Assembly: GCA_001724265.1 (NCBI GenBank)
Contig: MEDY01000024.1
Coordinates: forward strand, 1-64,000
Direction of reading: 5' to 3'
DNA length: 64,000 bases
Source of the DNA: Rhizaria sp. SCN 62-66
Taxonomy: Eukaryota
The position numbers and the translations under genes are program-made. Positions 24,401 through 36,521 of this stretch are shown one piece after another; position 1 is the stretch's first letter, and every line of letters starts with the position of its first letter. The notes beneath the pieces were generated by a model. The model was not told the DNA's origin, made no database searches, and worked only from the letters and a program-made list of their open reading frames with translations.

Positions 24401-25485
24401 TTACTGCTGACAAGAGGCATAACGGGGTCGTTTTGCTGTGTGAGATACTCCTGCTTGTCGATAAGCCGCCGGAGCTTGGCCACACAGCCGTAGCCGTGCG
24501 CGTCAAGCAAGGGGAGATAATGCGACGCGCCCGACTCCATTTCCTGCACCAGGCACAGCGCGGGGCGGTGCGCCAGGATCGCGGCCGCGGTCTGCGGCAG
24601 CCGGCGCTGCGGGGCCAGGTCCCAGTCGGAGCTGCTTGGGTAGTCGGCGGGCGTCACGTGGGTCTGCGCCAGCAGGTTGTAGCTCATCGCCGTGAATGCG
24701 GGCGCCGCCGCAGCAGCCGTTGCGTTTGAGGCGACAGAGCTCGCGTCCACAGAGCGAGCGCCCCCGTCCTCCATCGCTGCTGCCGCCGCTGTCGCAGTGG
24801 GCGCGCTGGCTGCGTTGGAGCCGGGGAGCGAGGGAAACGCTGCGTTCCGCGCGCTACTGTTACTCTTCCAGCCGGAAGACTTGCTGCCGCCGCGCGGCGC
24901 CAGCGCGGGCGTGTGCCCGTTCGCGAACACAGCCACGGGCGCGCGAGCGGCCACGGGCACTGTGGTGGCCGCGATCGCCGCGCGCGTGAGCGCCGCGGCC
25001 GCGGCCGGGGAGTCTGCGTTGAGCGGCGAGAGCGAGGAGTTGCAGAGCGCGTCATAAGGCAGGCCAGGGAGCTGCACCCAGTCGCGCGTCAACGAGACGT
25101 CCTTGGGAGGGTAGTCAAACGCGCTCTGGCTGTTGCTGCGGGAGCCGGACTGTGAGAAGCGCGGGCGCGAGTTTGAGCGCGACTGGGAGTAGGGCGAGCC
25201 GGAGCCTGGCGCGTAGCCAGAGCCGGAGCCCTGAGCATATCCGGAGTTGTAGCCTGCGTTGTAGCCGGAGGTGGTGTAGTTGCGGTTGTGAGCGGGGCTA
25301 GCGTTGCGGCTGTTGTTAAAGCCGGAGTTCGAGCTGCTACTGTTGCTGTAGTTATTGTAGCTATTGCTATAGCCACTGGCGGTGTTGTAGCTATTGCTCG
25401 TGTTGTTGACGCTGTTGTAGCCAGGGGCAGGCGATGAAGAAGTACCGGGGCGGCCGAGAGGAGGGCGCGGAGGGTTGAACGACAT
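21421..25485 (-). CDS. ANGEL: Angel/CCR4/nocturnin-family exonuclease-endonuclease-phosphatase (EEP), about 1354 aa, single exon
   Basis: Ordered EEP motifs MSYNLLAQ, CLVQEM, THILYNPRRGDVKLAQ (Angel-type signature), GGDFNSTP, TVDHIFYS and GSDHLPIMAEF. Start placed at ATG 25485 (MSFNPPR), where coding-like composition begins. Confidence 0.85.
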   Translation of the reverse strand: MSFNPPRPPLGRPGTSSSPAPGYNSVNNTSNSYNTASGYSNSYNNYSNSSSSNSGFNNSRNASPAHNRNYTTSGYNAGYNSGYAQGSGSGYAPGSGSPYSQSRSNSRPRFSQSGSRSNSQSAFDYPPKDVSLTRDWVQLPGLPYDALCNSSLSPLNADSPAAAAALTRAAIAATTVPVAARAPVAVFANGHTPALAPRGGSKSSGWKSNSSARNAAFPSLPGSNAASAPTATAAAAAMEDGGARSVDASSVASNATAAAAAPAFTAMSYNLLAQTHVTPADYPSSSDWDLAPQRRLPQTAAAILAHRPALCLVQEMESGASHYLPLLDAHGYGCVAKLRRLIDKQEYLTQQNDPVMPLVSSNTDASANTFSNTCGGNMSDSEPETATASAPAPPASQLLLAECDEEAVGVFYDRARFAPVAACVVEYSSHPSAGARDRTQGGVVLLLKDLSTTTETESSGIAQRAADDEGTRYVCVVTTHILYNPRRGDVKLAQTHLLLSAAAAWLRLLATGRRSPGVSLRHAGPPAATAALPYDRVSTTMLSEGQTRMLAAAVAGAAGAVAGGVAAGGGTPGMPVHVHTHWGVMATCPSVPNTRASYGGGLSGDARASAGATAGVAPSDLPLSLHVAHVRRSDDALTSVNNNNSNNNINDNDSDTVATAVPPCVALGLPADFLSRTAFLLGGDFNSTPDSAIVRFVSLGALRVDSSFSPELDPPAFNPAPPKPVKHRKPRNKDVAAAGAGAGAGAGDAETGAGDGAHGADRATTASGDPAPAPVSANSSGAGAAVSAEAAAEAAAEAQLRALLVPLTVPALGAAAGFAALPAPTSAFADGSETAPRESPYDNNANGGGGGAGGSPPQSPYSGSRSRRAAEAEALRALHTQVPAIPATAANLGDAHAHCHANVTAATDAHAVADDKEEYPLCAHSSLLMASAAAAVAATCPALSREAAASTAAAAAAVVASGGTHAWPPSTWPAKETPTIRAEVALRVTQNASTKPSYSTLPPASSSSSSSSSSSRVGATGASAFVPGFSPPCVVAAAAAALRVARPAPPLQPEAVALDPAAATGDRERDRVLLKQAQEANKKALAALVGPDKGMAELVPLCRDDAVTAVKTAVVVQKMASSTVTLLSDAPAIAYGTGSGEGVKEGEGAAVWDKIDAIINKSAVAAGSDAIVAPRDAGDVSVPKTLLKLFPRSIHHHFAPLSSPYQHPALPPALRLTTVTERGRNTVDHIFYSHLALGDVLGTSTVSTTGLGASSEGPAGSLMLSDCESKLASAAAEKPDAGANAAGYDTVSAALARSQSSRLSRFTQCAPLLTCTGVLELPNDRDVLKKSIFTPNAHEGSDHLPIMAEFKWLR

Positions 25486-26053
25486 ATGCACAGAGTAACA
25501 AGACCTCGCGGCTGTTGTCTGAGAGGCGTAGACGGAAAGAGAAGAGAAGGGCTGCGTCAGGGCCGGGAGCAAGGGGAGACGGGAGACCGTGGTGCGGCGC
25601 TCGTCTGCAGCGAAATCAAAAATGGATGGAGGGGGCGCAATCATTAGTCTAATACTATATTGCTCAAATATTGTGATATTAAGTATGAAATATAGTTCAT
25701 TCCTCACGCGCGCTACCGGTTACGGAAGTTGTGAAGCTGTTCATAACTGCGAAGTGAGGCGCAAATAGGGTGGGGGCATGCGATCTGCATGTGGCTGCGT
25801 ACGCAACCAAAAGGCAACATGTGGCAAGCATATGCCTTGTGGAATGCATTAGAGTGTAAAACTTGAATACGCTACCTTTCAATATGATGTATGCAGTATA
25901 TCGATGTTTTTCATCGTTCAGAAATTGAAATAGTGCTTTGTATCGTTTGGAGACGTAAGGCGCCGTCGCTGTCACATCTGCAACTAACATTGAAAACGTG
26001 CGTATAAAACGCCATAAGTAAAGTCTAAGTAAAAGTAAAGTATAGTAAAGAAA

Positions 26054-29000
26054 TTAAAAGTCCGCTCCAAATTCATCGTCGTCATCGTTATGATGAATCA
26101 TCGCACCGACGACGCCGTTGTTCGCCTGATTGATGTTATCTTCGTTGTTATTTTCGTTGACATAAGACGCGTCGCCAGTGGTTGTCGCGGCGGCAAAGAC
26201 GACCGGCGCGGCCGAGAACACCATGAACTCTTCCGACTCGTTGCCGCTGTTGTCATCGTTGCCATTGCCCGCCATGTGACCGGCCGCAGCAAGCTGTTGC
26301 TGTTGCTGATGCTGTTGCTGTTGTTGTTGTTGCGGCTGCGTGGTACTATGAGCCGATGCATTGACATCAAAAGTATTGCTCGCAGCCGCACTTGCACTCG
26401 AGTTCGCGTTGTTAATTAAGTTCACATTGTTCATGACGTTGTTGTCGCCCTCCGTACCCATGTTCGCGTGACTGCTCATGTTGTTATAGACACTGTTGTT
26501 GTTGTCGGTGTCGATGTTCCCGTCGCGCGTAGACCTCGGCGGCGTCATGGTATGCCCCGTCACGTTGGTGGCGGTCGTGTCGTTGCCGAACATCATCCCG
26601 CCGACGACGCTCGCGCTGGCCGCGTCGGCCGCGTGTGCGACCGCGGGGACGTACGCGTGCTCAGACGGGGGCGCAGCCGCAGCGGCGGGCTCCGTCTCAG
26701 CCTCCGTAACCGCTTGAACAGGCGCGGGCGCAAACACAGGCTCGGCCACAGTTGAAGGTGCAAAGGCGTACGAGTCGTCACTGGCGTTGGCGCCAGGAAC
26801 GGCAGGCGTGGACGCAGGGAAAGCAATGCTGGCGTTGATGTCGCTGGTGATGTGGCCGTTCTCGTTAGCCTCTGGTTCGAACGCGTATCCATCAGAAGCA
26901 TCGGCAACAGCAGCAGCAGGAGCAGCAGCGGCAACAGCGGCAGGCCCAGCAGCAAGGTGAGCGTTCATGTTGTTCATGCCGTCGTAGATCATGTTCGCGT
27001 TCTGCGTGTTGTTCTGCGTGTTGGTACTATTGCCAAGCGGATTCGCGTGTCCGTTCACGCTGGTGTCGTTCTTGGTGTTGAGTGCTGTCGGGGAACGAGT
27101 GGCGGGAACAGAGCCGAAGTCGCCGAAACCGTACGAGTCCTCGTCGGCAGCTGCTGCAGCGCCAGCAGCGACAGGTGCTACTGCAGCAACGGGAGCAAAA
27201 GCAGCGGGGTCATAATCGCTCCGAGCAGAAGCAGCCGTAAAAGCCGCAGCAGCACCAGTAGCAGCAGCAGCACCGCCAACAGCGTTAGCGTCCGCGTTGT
27301 CCGCGTTACCGGCGGCGCTGCTGTTGAGACTGGCCTCAGCATGGTTGGCACTGTTGCTGTAGCTGGTGCTGCGACTGGGACTGAAGCCGTAGCTGCCGCC
27401 GCCGTGGCTGCTCTCGGCCACACTGTGCATGACGTTGCCGCTGGCCGCGATGTTGTTGTTGTTGTCGCGCGCGGCGGAGGCGGGGTACATCGTGTTCTTG
27501 CTGTTGAAGTCGTCGCCGACGCTGGTGGGCGCGGTCGCGGTGGCCGTGGCCGCGGAGGCCAGGGCGGGGACGTACACAGACTGGCCCGCCGCAGCGACGT
27601 TGGCAGCAGGGATCGACGTGTCGATAGCAGCAGCAAGAGCAGGAGCAGCAGGAGCGACAGCGGGGGCAACAGCAGTCGTTGCAGGAACAGAGTAGCCAGT
27701 GTTGCCAAACTCGGCAAAGTCGTTATTGTGGGTGCGACTGTTTGAGTTAGGGGCGAAGCCCGCGTGGCCGTTGTACTGGTCATCGTCGTTATCGGCGAAC
27801 TCAAACGCATCGTCGTCATCAGCGACGTGGCTGTTAGGAGCGTGGGCGTTCGTCTTCGCCGCGAAATTGCTGTTCACAAAAGGAGCAGCATCGAAGTGCG
27901 ATTGAACATCAGGAACAGCGCTCACATTTCCAGGGGCAACAACAAATTGAGACTGAAATTGCGGCTGAGACTCGGGCACCGCGTTGATGCTCGCACCGGC
28001 GTTCGCGTCAGCGTTCACGTTGCTTGAGCTCGAGTCATTGTGGAAGCTGAAGTTCCCCGACGGCGCGTGCTTCGCGGAAGGCGAGGGCGACGACAGCCAG
28101 TCAGCGGCAGCGTTGTAGGCGCCGCCGCTGCCGCTGCCGCTGTTGGTGTTGATGTAAGGGCCCGCCCCCTTAGACTGCGCGGCAGCAAATGAGGGGTTCG
28201 CGTGAGTGCTTGCGGTGTTGGCGTTGTTGCTGTTGTTGTCCTCGAACTCGAAGCCGTCGTCGTCGTAAGTGTTGGTGTTCTTGCTGCTGCTCGGGCTGTG
28301 CAGGAAATCAGGCACGGCTGCAGGCGCAATTGCGGGCGCAACAGCAGGCGGTGCAGTAGCAGCAGGGGCGACGGCAAGGTCGGACACGGCAGTGGTCGGC
28401 GCGGCCAGGGTAACCGCAGGAGCATTGTCGTTATGAGTGTTGATGCTTTGGTGGGGCTCGTTGGTGAAGAGCAGCGACCCGCCAGCGGGGGCGCTGCCGT
28501 GGTTGCCGTACGGGTCCGTGTAAGTACCTTGCTTGGTGTAAGCACCCTGCTTGTAGCTGTAAGGGTCAGCGTAGGTCCCCTGGTCAGCGAACGGGTCATT
28601 GTCGACAAAGTTGTTGTAACTATTGTTATTATCGTTCGCTGCAACTGCTACACCACCATTGCCCACCGTCGCGATCAAACCGCCGCCGCTCGCAGCATCA
28701 GCAGCAGCAGCAGCAGCAGCAGCGCCTCTTGCGTCCATGTTCGCACCACCGGCGTTGCTCGCACCGCGCGCAGTTCCCGCGACCACGGAGTCGTCGACGA
28801 AGCCGTACGCACTCGTGTCAGCGGGGCTGTTCGCGCCAGGTACGGACGCGAACGGACTGGCGGCGTGCGCCGCCGCGGGAGCGGTGCTGCTAACGGCGGC
28901 GGCAGCGTTGGCGGCCGCGGCGTTGGCGGCCGCTGCGGCGGCAAACGAGAACGGTGACAGCACAGGCATGCCCTTGACACCAACGTAAGCACCGCTACTG

Positions 29001-32000
29001 TTCGTATTCGCAGTAAGGTTGGCGTTGGCATTGGCATAAGCGCTAGGGATATTAGGAGGCGTTTGGAGCACGTGACTGTGCGCGCTGTGTCTCATGTGCG
29101 ACGGCGAAGCGCCGACATTGGCAACGGTGGCAACATTGTCTTCGAACTCGTCGTAGTTGTCGCCCTGGTCGCTCTCGCCGCCGTGGTTCACGCGGTTTGC
29201 AGGCGCAGTGAGGCTCGAGACCTGCCCAGCGGGGGCCGCGGCAGCATTCGGGGGCGTGCGACTGCGCGCAGCGGTCGTCGGCCGCGGCGGCAGCGGCGCG
29301 CGCGGCGGCGGCGTCAACAGCATACCGGCCTGTGCAAGCTCGTGACTCTGGGGAGCCCCCGCCTCGGTAGTATGGAGGTCGCGAGCAGGCGGAACAGCAT
29401 GGTCATTGTTGTTGTTGTCGTTCCTACTCTGAGCATGTTGTTGCTGCTGTTGCTGCTGCTGTTGTTGCTGCTGTTGCTGTTGCGAAGGATGAGGCATTTT
29501 CGAGTACGCCGGCGCCGCGGCCGCCACAATCGCCGCGGCCCGCGCCCGCGCCTCGGCCTCGGCGCGCTGCTGACCAGACAGCGCGCCGACGCTGCGGTGC
29601 GCCGGGGACGCGAACCCGCTGTTGCTACCGTTGCCCGACGCAGTCTGCTGCTGGCCATGTTGACCCTGGCCGTGGCTGTTGTACTCATCGCCAATGTTGT
29701 CGTCTTGATCTTGGTTCTGACCGTCGGCGTTAACACTATTGTTGATGACGTTAGCACCCGAGTGCGCTGCGAACACGCGGTCAATGCGCTCGTGCGTCCG
29801 GGACATCTGCGCCACCATCATGGTCCTGACCGCGCCCGCCGCGTTGGTGGCGGGGACGGCGCCGGCGCGGTGGCCGACGTTGCGGTGCCCGCTCACCCCG
29901 CCCGCGCCCACCGGCGCGCCCCCATGCGTACCCCCATGTGTTCCGCGGGCACCCGTGGCGGCATAGTAAGACTGCGTGAGCGGAGTGACCGGCGCGCGCA
30001 CGTCCCCGCGGGGAACGGCAGTGGGAGAGCCGAACTGGGCCAGCGGGGACCCAGGGGTGAAGTCGGCAACGGTGGCACCGTCATTCGCGTCGGCAAAGTC
30101 GTCATCATGTTGCCGCTGCTGCTGCTCGTTGGCGCCAGCGTTGGCGTTGGCGTTGTGCGCGTTGGCGGCGGCGGCCCACGGCGGCAGCGGGCCGGCCCAA
30201 GCCGCCCGCAGCGCCGCCAGCGTCGCCGCCTCGGCTGGAGCCCGCAGCGTGCCGCGCAGCCGCCACGCCGAGGCCGAGCTCGCGCCGCCTCGGCTATTGC
30301 CACCGCCAGCGGTGCCGGTCGCTTTGCGGTGCGCCTGCGCCTGCGCGTGCGCCTGCGCGTTGGCGAAGTCGGCGATGCCGGGCGTGACGTACTGGCCGCG
30401 CTTGGCGGCGCCCACGGTCAGTTCCCCCTTAGACGCGCCCGTGCCCCTTACATTGGCGCCCTTGGCCACCACGGACGCAACGCGGTCTAGGTAGCGCATA
30501 TTGCTGTTGTTGTTGCTGTTGCTGCCGCTGTCGTTGTTAATGTTGGGGTCGGCAAGAGACGCGTGAGACGGGGCCATGTTTCCGTGCGCATCGTAGCCAT
30601 TCTGACTCGAATGCACCGTGAGAGCGTTGCCATCGCTCTGCGCACCGCCGTCGTAGTCATTATGATACGCGATGGGGGCCGACGCCCAGTCGTAATACCC
30701 CGCAACATCAGTGGTGTTGCTGCTGCCCTGCTGCAACTGTGGGTTCGTGGCGCTGCCCGCGCGGCCGCTGCCCGCGCGGCCGCCGCGCGCAGTGTCGGGC
30801 CCCGCGGGCGTGCCCGGTCCGGCCGCGATCGCGGGCCCCGCGGCGGCGGCGGCGCGGCGGCCCGGGGCCGTGTAGTGCGAGTGTCGCAGCACGCCAGTCG
30901 CGCCCGCGGCCACCGCGGCCGCCGCAGCCGCCGCGGAGGCGCCAGTGCGACCCGGGGACGGCGACCGCGACCGTGAGCGCGACTGCGCGCCTTGGCCGTG
31001 GCCGTGGGCAGCGGAGTGACCGTGGGCAGCGGAGCCCATGGTGAGGTTGATGTCGTGATGGTACGTGTTTGTCTGGCCCTGGAAAGTCACCGGCAGCGCA
31101 TACGGCGATGGCTTGGCGCCTGCGCTGCCACGCGCACCGGCGGAACCCATGGTGCCCGCGGTGGCGGCGTACGGGGACTTCGTGCTCGCGTTCTCGTTGT
31201 ACTGGGAACGCGTGGTACTCGTGGGGCGGCGCGCGGGCACGAGTGCCGTGCCCGGCCTGTGCGCAGAAATGCCCCTCTTGCTGCCGTGGCTGCCCGTATT
31301 GTAAGTACCTGCCACACTCGCGCTGTTGTTGTAAGTGCCGCCGGCGGCAGCGGGGTCGATGTAAGTGCCGTTCATGGGCGGCTTGAGATAAAGCAGCTCC
31401 GACGCCAGACGGTACCCGTCAGCGCCGCCCCCAGCCGCGGGGTCTAAGGGCCGATCCCCCTTAGCCCGTCCGCCGGGCCCGCGCGAGTGGTACGGGTATG
31501 CTGCCGCGGTGACACCGGCGGGTGCCACGGGCACGGGGCCCCCGGTCCGGACGCCGCCCGTCTGTCCGGGCCCCACATTCGCCCCACTGCCGTCGTCGCC
31601 TCCTGTGGGATGGGCACCGGTCGCGGGGGCGGTGGCACCGTAAGGGACGAGGGCGAGTGTGGCCGCAACGTTGGCGTCGTCGTCGAACCGCGAGGAGCCC
31701 GGGCACCCGCCGCTGCCCACTGTCACTCCGGAGCCGGGGGTCGCCGCCGCCGCTGCGCCGTGCGTGTTATTATGCGCAGAGTGCGAGTGACTGTGGGCTA
31801 CGGCAGTGAAAGGACGGACCCTCCTGCTGTATCCAGCGTTGGCGCCGGCAGTGTTCGTGTTCACGTTGCTGCTCGCGGTGGCCGGGCGCTGCTGCCGCCT
31901 CGGCGAGCTACTTACATTCGAGCCTGACGCCGCAGCGCGCGTGGTGAGCTGTCCGTGTAGCGTCAAGTGCGTGCAGCCTGCGAGCGCGGGCGTGTCGTCC

Positions 32001-34105
32001 CGGAGGCCCGCGAACGCCAGCGCCGGCGACAGCAGGCCCGCGCCGTAGCCGGTGTCGGTCGTCGCAGAGCCCAGCGCACGCGTGCTGCTGTTGTTGTTAC
32101 TATTGCTCTCAGCATCAGCGCCTGCGTTCCCGTGAGTGCAACTATAGCTGTTGTTGTTGTTGCCGTAGCGAGAGAGCTTGGCGTCGCGCTCCGCGGCCGA
32201 GGTGAACGGCAGCGATGCCGGCACCGCCGCCGGCCGCGGCAGCCGCGGCGTGTGCTTCGCCAACCACAGCGCCTCCGCTAGCGGCTCCGTCGGCCGCGGC
32301 GGCACGTCGGCCTCTGTCGCGCCCCCATTGGCCGCTGGGTCGGCGGCATTCGCGCCTGAGACAGCGTTGGTCGGCGTGGTGCCAGCGGGGTTAACGGCGG
32401 TGTTGTTGGCCGTCGTCGTGTCGAACGCGTCGTCGCCGTACCCGTCCGTGTCCGCGGTCGTCTCCCCGGCATCGGTCACAGCGGCAGCGCCGGCCGCGCC
32501 GGTCGCCGCGTGAGAGTTGCCGTTGACGTTGTGGTGATTGAGCGTCTTCGCGCTCAGCGCAGGGCTCGCAGTGGTCACACTGGCACTGGCACTGCCGGTG
32601 ACGTTCGCGGTGACGCCGCCGGCTGTGGCGGTCGAGCGGCGCGACGGGCGCGGCCGGCCGCCGCCAGCGGTGTGAATATCGGCGCTCGTGACCTCGGAGC
32701 GCACGCTGTCGTCCAGCTCGGAGCTGTTCGCGTGCGCAGTATTGTTATTGTTCGCACTGCTGCTTGGAGCAGCAGCAGCAGCGGTGGCAGCGGCGGCTGC
32801 GAATGATGCAGCAATGGATAAGGGCGGTGACCCAGAGCTAGAGCCGGAACCAGAGCCAGTGCCGGCGCTGCCAGCCGCGGACGTGGAGCTAGCGGGTGCG
32901 CCGGTCGCAGCGGCGGCGGCAGCGGCGGCGGCGGCGGCGGCGGCGGCACGGATTGATTGTGTGGCGTTGGACGCAGAGGCGGCGTGGGCAACCGCGAGCT
33001 GGGCCTTGGCGGCGACGGTGAGCGCGTGCTGCAGCGCGAGCTCTAGCTCCAGGCACTCGGCGGTCAGCTCGACGGAGCGCTGGGCAGCGGCGGAGGCCGA
33101 GACGCGCAGGGTGCCGCACTCCTGTAGGAGAGACGGAGTAGAAAAGCAACAAATGATAAAGGCGCATATCAAAAAGTTATGAGATTCAAAAGAAAGTCAG
33201 TTGGTTTCTCGTGATGTTTATAACTTCTGCAAATGAGATTATGTCATGGCGTTATACAGCGAAGATATAGTGAAGAAACGTACTTCGACCGCGACGTCCG
33301 CGACCGTGCCGAGCACCGCCGCGGCGTCGTACACTGTCTCCAGCAGAGCCGCGGCCGACACAGAGGCCAGCTGGCCGGCCCTGCGGTAGCCGTTATTGCT
33401 CGCCTTGGCGCTTGCGGCGCCCGAGTCACCGGTCCCGTCATCAGCGCCAGCCCCCGCGCTCGTGGCTCTCGGGTTGTTGGTACCCGTGGGGTTGCCCGCG
33501 GCGTACCCGGAGTCGGCGTCGTCGCCGGTACTCGCGGTGCGCAGCGTGAGCGCGCGCGCCGCCCGCAGCACCGCCGCCGCGTCCGCGGCCACCGGCGCGA
33601 GAGCGGGCAGCGCGCGCAGGGCCGAGTTGGCGGCGCCGTCGGACGCTCCCGCCGCGGCGGAGGCCGAAGCTGAGGCGGCCGCGGTCGTCGTGGACAGTAA
33701 CGAGGACAGAGGGGCCGTGAGACGCATCAGTAGAGCGAGCAGCTGGCGTTTGAGGCGGAAATCCTGAAATGGGGCAGTACGCAACAAAGTGAAAACGAAA
33801 ATCATGAGATATTATTACATGCAAGTGCATTGTTGTTCAATTTAATATCGTGAAGATATGTCATATAAGAGTTGTCCCCGCTGTTTCAGTCTTAAAAACA
33901 TATATCCGTCCGTACCTTAGCGTATGCCCGCAGCGCGAGCCAGCGCAGCGTGTGCTTGGTGGCCGCGGCGCCGGCGGCCTCGTGCTCGGCCAGGTCCGCC
34001 CGCAGGGCCTGCTCCCGAGCCTCGGCCTCGGCGACGAGCAGGCTGTGGCGCAGGCCGGCGTTCTCGGCCGACAGTGCGGCCACGGTGGCGGCGGCGGCGG
34101 CGAGA

Positions 34106-34146
<41 letters not shown>

Positions 34147-35757
34147 CGCAGGAGCAGGGGCCCAGGTGGGAGCGGGCTTCTTGACGCTCGCGTTCACGCC
34201 CACGCTCTTGGTGGGGGCGCTCGTGGCAGTGCTGTTGGCGGCGTTCTTGCTGCTTGCGAGCTGGGACTCCAAGAGAGCGATGCGGGCGAGCAGAGCGTCG
34301 CGGTCGGCGTGTTTGGCGTCGAACAAAGGCTGGGTCGCAGTGGCCGTCGCAGCGGTATCAGCAGCCACAGGCTCAGGCTTCGTCTCGGTCTTCGTGTGAC
34401 AAACAGGGATAGAAGCAGTCTTAGCCTCGGTCTCAGGCTCAGCCTCCGCTGACGCTACTGCTGGCTCAGCGGCAGCAGTGCTACTGCTGTTTGAGTCATT
34501 GCCCTCGGAAGCGGCTTGACTTTGAGCAGGATCAGCTCCAGGGCCGGCAACGCTAGCGGTGTGTGGCTGTCCCTGCTGCTGCTGTTGCTGTTGTTCTTGC
34601 TGCTGCAGCTGCCCTTGTTGCGGCTGCAAGTACGGCGACTGCTGCTGCTGTTGTTGCTGCTGCAGATAAGGCGACTGCTGCTGCAAGTAGGGGGACTGCT
34701 GTGGCAAATATGCCGACTGCTGCGACAAATACGGCGACGGCTGCTGCTGCTGCTGCTGTGGATACTGCTGCTGCGGCTGCTGTGCCAGATAGGGCGACTG
34801 CTGCGACAAAAACGGAGACTGCTGTGTCAGATAAGGCGACTGTTGATGTGGCTGTGGCAGATACGAGCTCTGTTGCTGCTGATTCGACAAGTACGGCGAC
34901 TGCTGCAGCGGCTGTTGCGGCTGAGACAGATACGTAGACTGGCTCGGTTCCTGCTGCATCTGCTGATATTGCTGCGGTTGCTGGGCCAAGTAAGGCGACT
35001 GGTGCTGCTGCAGCTGCTGTTGTTGTTGCGGGGGTTGCTGCTCTTGATAAGGCTGGTGCTGCTCGGGTGGTTGTTGCATCGAAGGATGAGACTGAGACTG
35101 AGATTGAGGCTGAGGCTGGGGTTGGGGTTGAAGTTGCAGCTGCTGCTCAGGTACAGGTTGTTGCGGCGCCGGCGTCTGCAGCGGCTCAGGTGCCTGTTGC
35201 TGAGGCTGCTGCTCTTGCTGGTGTGCCTGCGGCTGTTGCTGATTCTGCTGCTGTTGTGGTTGCTGTTGTTGCTGCTGTTGCTGCTGAGGCAAGCCATTAG
35301 GGAACCAGGAGAACTTCTTGGATCCCGCGGCCGCAGCAGCACCGCCGGCGCCAGCGGTCACTGCACCACCAGCGTCAAGAGCTGGTGCAGCAGCAGCAGG
35401 GGCCGCGGGGGCAGCAGCCGCTGTGGGAGCAGCAGCGGCGGCGATCGGCGAGTACGAGTGCGCAGAGTTGTCGTCGTCGAGCCACGATGCGGGCTTGCCG
35501 GGCGCTGTTTGCTGCGGATACGGTTGCGGAGGCGCTAAAAAGGAAGCGAAGCCAACGCCAGCGCCAGAGCCGGCGCCGGAGCCAGCGCCAGAGTTAAAGC
35601 CAGATCCAGCATTCGTGTTTGAGGTGGGGTGCGGGGCTCCGGGAGCTCCCGGAGGGAACATAGAGGATGTGGGAGACAAAAAGCTCGAGTCGGAGTCATC
35701 AAGCCATGAGGACCGCGGCGCGGTGTGCGCGGGGGCGGGAGGCCCGAAGAAGGACAT
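26054..35757 (-). CDS. Giant uncharacterised low-complexity protein, about 3129 aa (Gln-rich repeats, coiled coil, long disordered tail with acidic-Phe motifs)
   Basis: Three ORFs join in phase 0: exons 35757-33916, 33763-33284 and 33121-26054, introns GTACGG...TTTCAG and GTACGT...CCTACAG. Coiled-coil-like segments LLARIALLESQL, LSAENAGLRHSLL and LTAECLELELAL. No family recognised. Confidence 0.75.
34108..34146. repeat. (GTCGGC)6.5 hexanucleotide microsatellite encoding Asp-Ala repeats on the minus strand
   Basis: Read directly; translates as DADADADA. Confidence 0.85.
34624..35004 (-). repeat. Coding imperfect tandem repeat, roughly 13 copies of QQSPYL-like units
   Basis: HQSPYL, SQSTYL, QQSPYL, QSSYL, QQSPFL, QPSPYL and QQSAYL units embedded in poly-Gln. 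Confidence 0.85.
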
Positions 35758-36521
35758 CCTAGCGCGGTGGAAAGAGTCGATTGAGAGGTGGTGGACTGTC
35801 TGGGATATGAGTCGAAATAAAACAAGGACACGAGGAGGAAGATGGCCTTCAGTTTAAACTCTATAAAGGATTCTAAGCAAGTTGTCAGTATAGTTTCGAC
35901 AAATCATGTTTTTAATGATGTTGACGATAAAATTAGGTCTGTGGAGTGGTGCAAATTTGAAGTCTCGGTCAGCGATAACCGTTTGCGACTGTGACTGAAT
36001 GCAGCCCACGGTCATTGCCGAGCCGGCCGTTTGCGACTGCGGTCGGTGTCTCGGACGATCCGGTGAGAGCGCTTCTGTTCGGGCCGTCATTAAGGTATTT
36101 AGACGACGTGTGTGAGGGGTATGACAAGATGTTCGCGTAGATGCTGATGGATTTGATATTTCCCTTTTGCCGTATGCGAGATTTGGGGAGCTTGGGAACG
36201 AAAAATGCGTTTCTGTTGCGATGCCCAAGTCAATACCTTCGCTGCCACTCGCCCCACTCGTCAAGGTTGCATAGCCCACCTTAAATGTCAAGATGTGACC
36301 CGATATATGAACCATGTAATGCGTCTAAAGGCTATGTATAAGCCGGCACCTTTATATTTTTAGCCGAGCCTGATATCTGCGCTATATCCTTGCTGTTTCA
36401 TCCCAGCCACACCCTCGTCACCGCTCCTCTCACTCAAACCTTGACGTCTCCCTGTATATCTCCCCCGCCCGATCTCAACCGGACCTAACAATGTTTTCTT
36501 GTGCCGTATACGTGTTCATAG

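Noticed and set aside
34516-35538. 340-aa Leu-rich plus-strand ORF resembling a membrane protein
   Set aside because: It is the antisense reading of the CAG/CAA poly-Gln repeats.
35854-36315. 153-aa ORF and a 13-bp direct repeat (CCGTTTGCGACTG at 35979 and 36027) in the divergent spacer before pyruvate kinase
   Set aside because: The ORF lacks coding bias; two short repeat copies are too little to call a regulatory site or CRISPR array.
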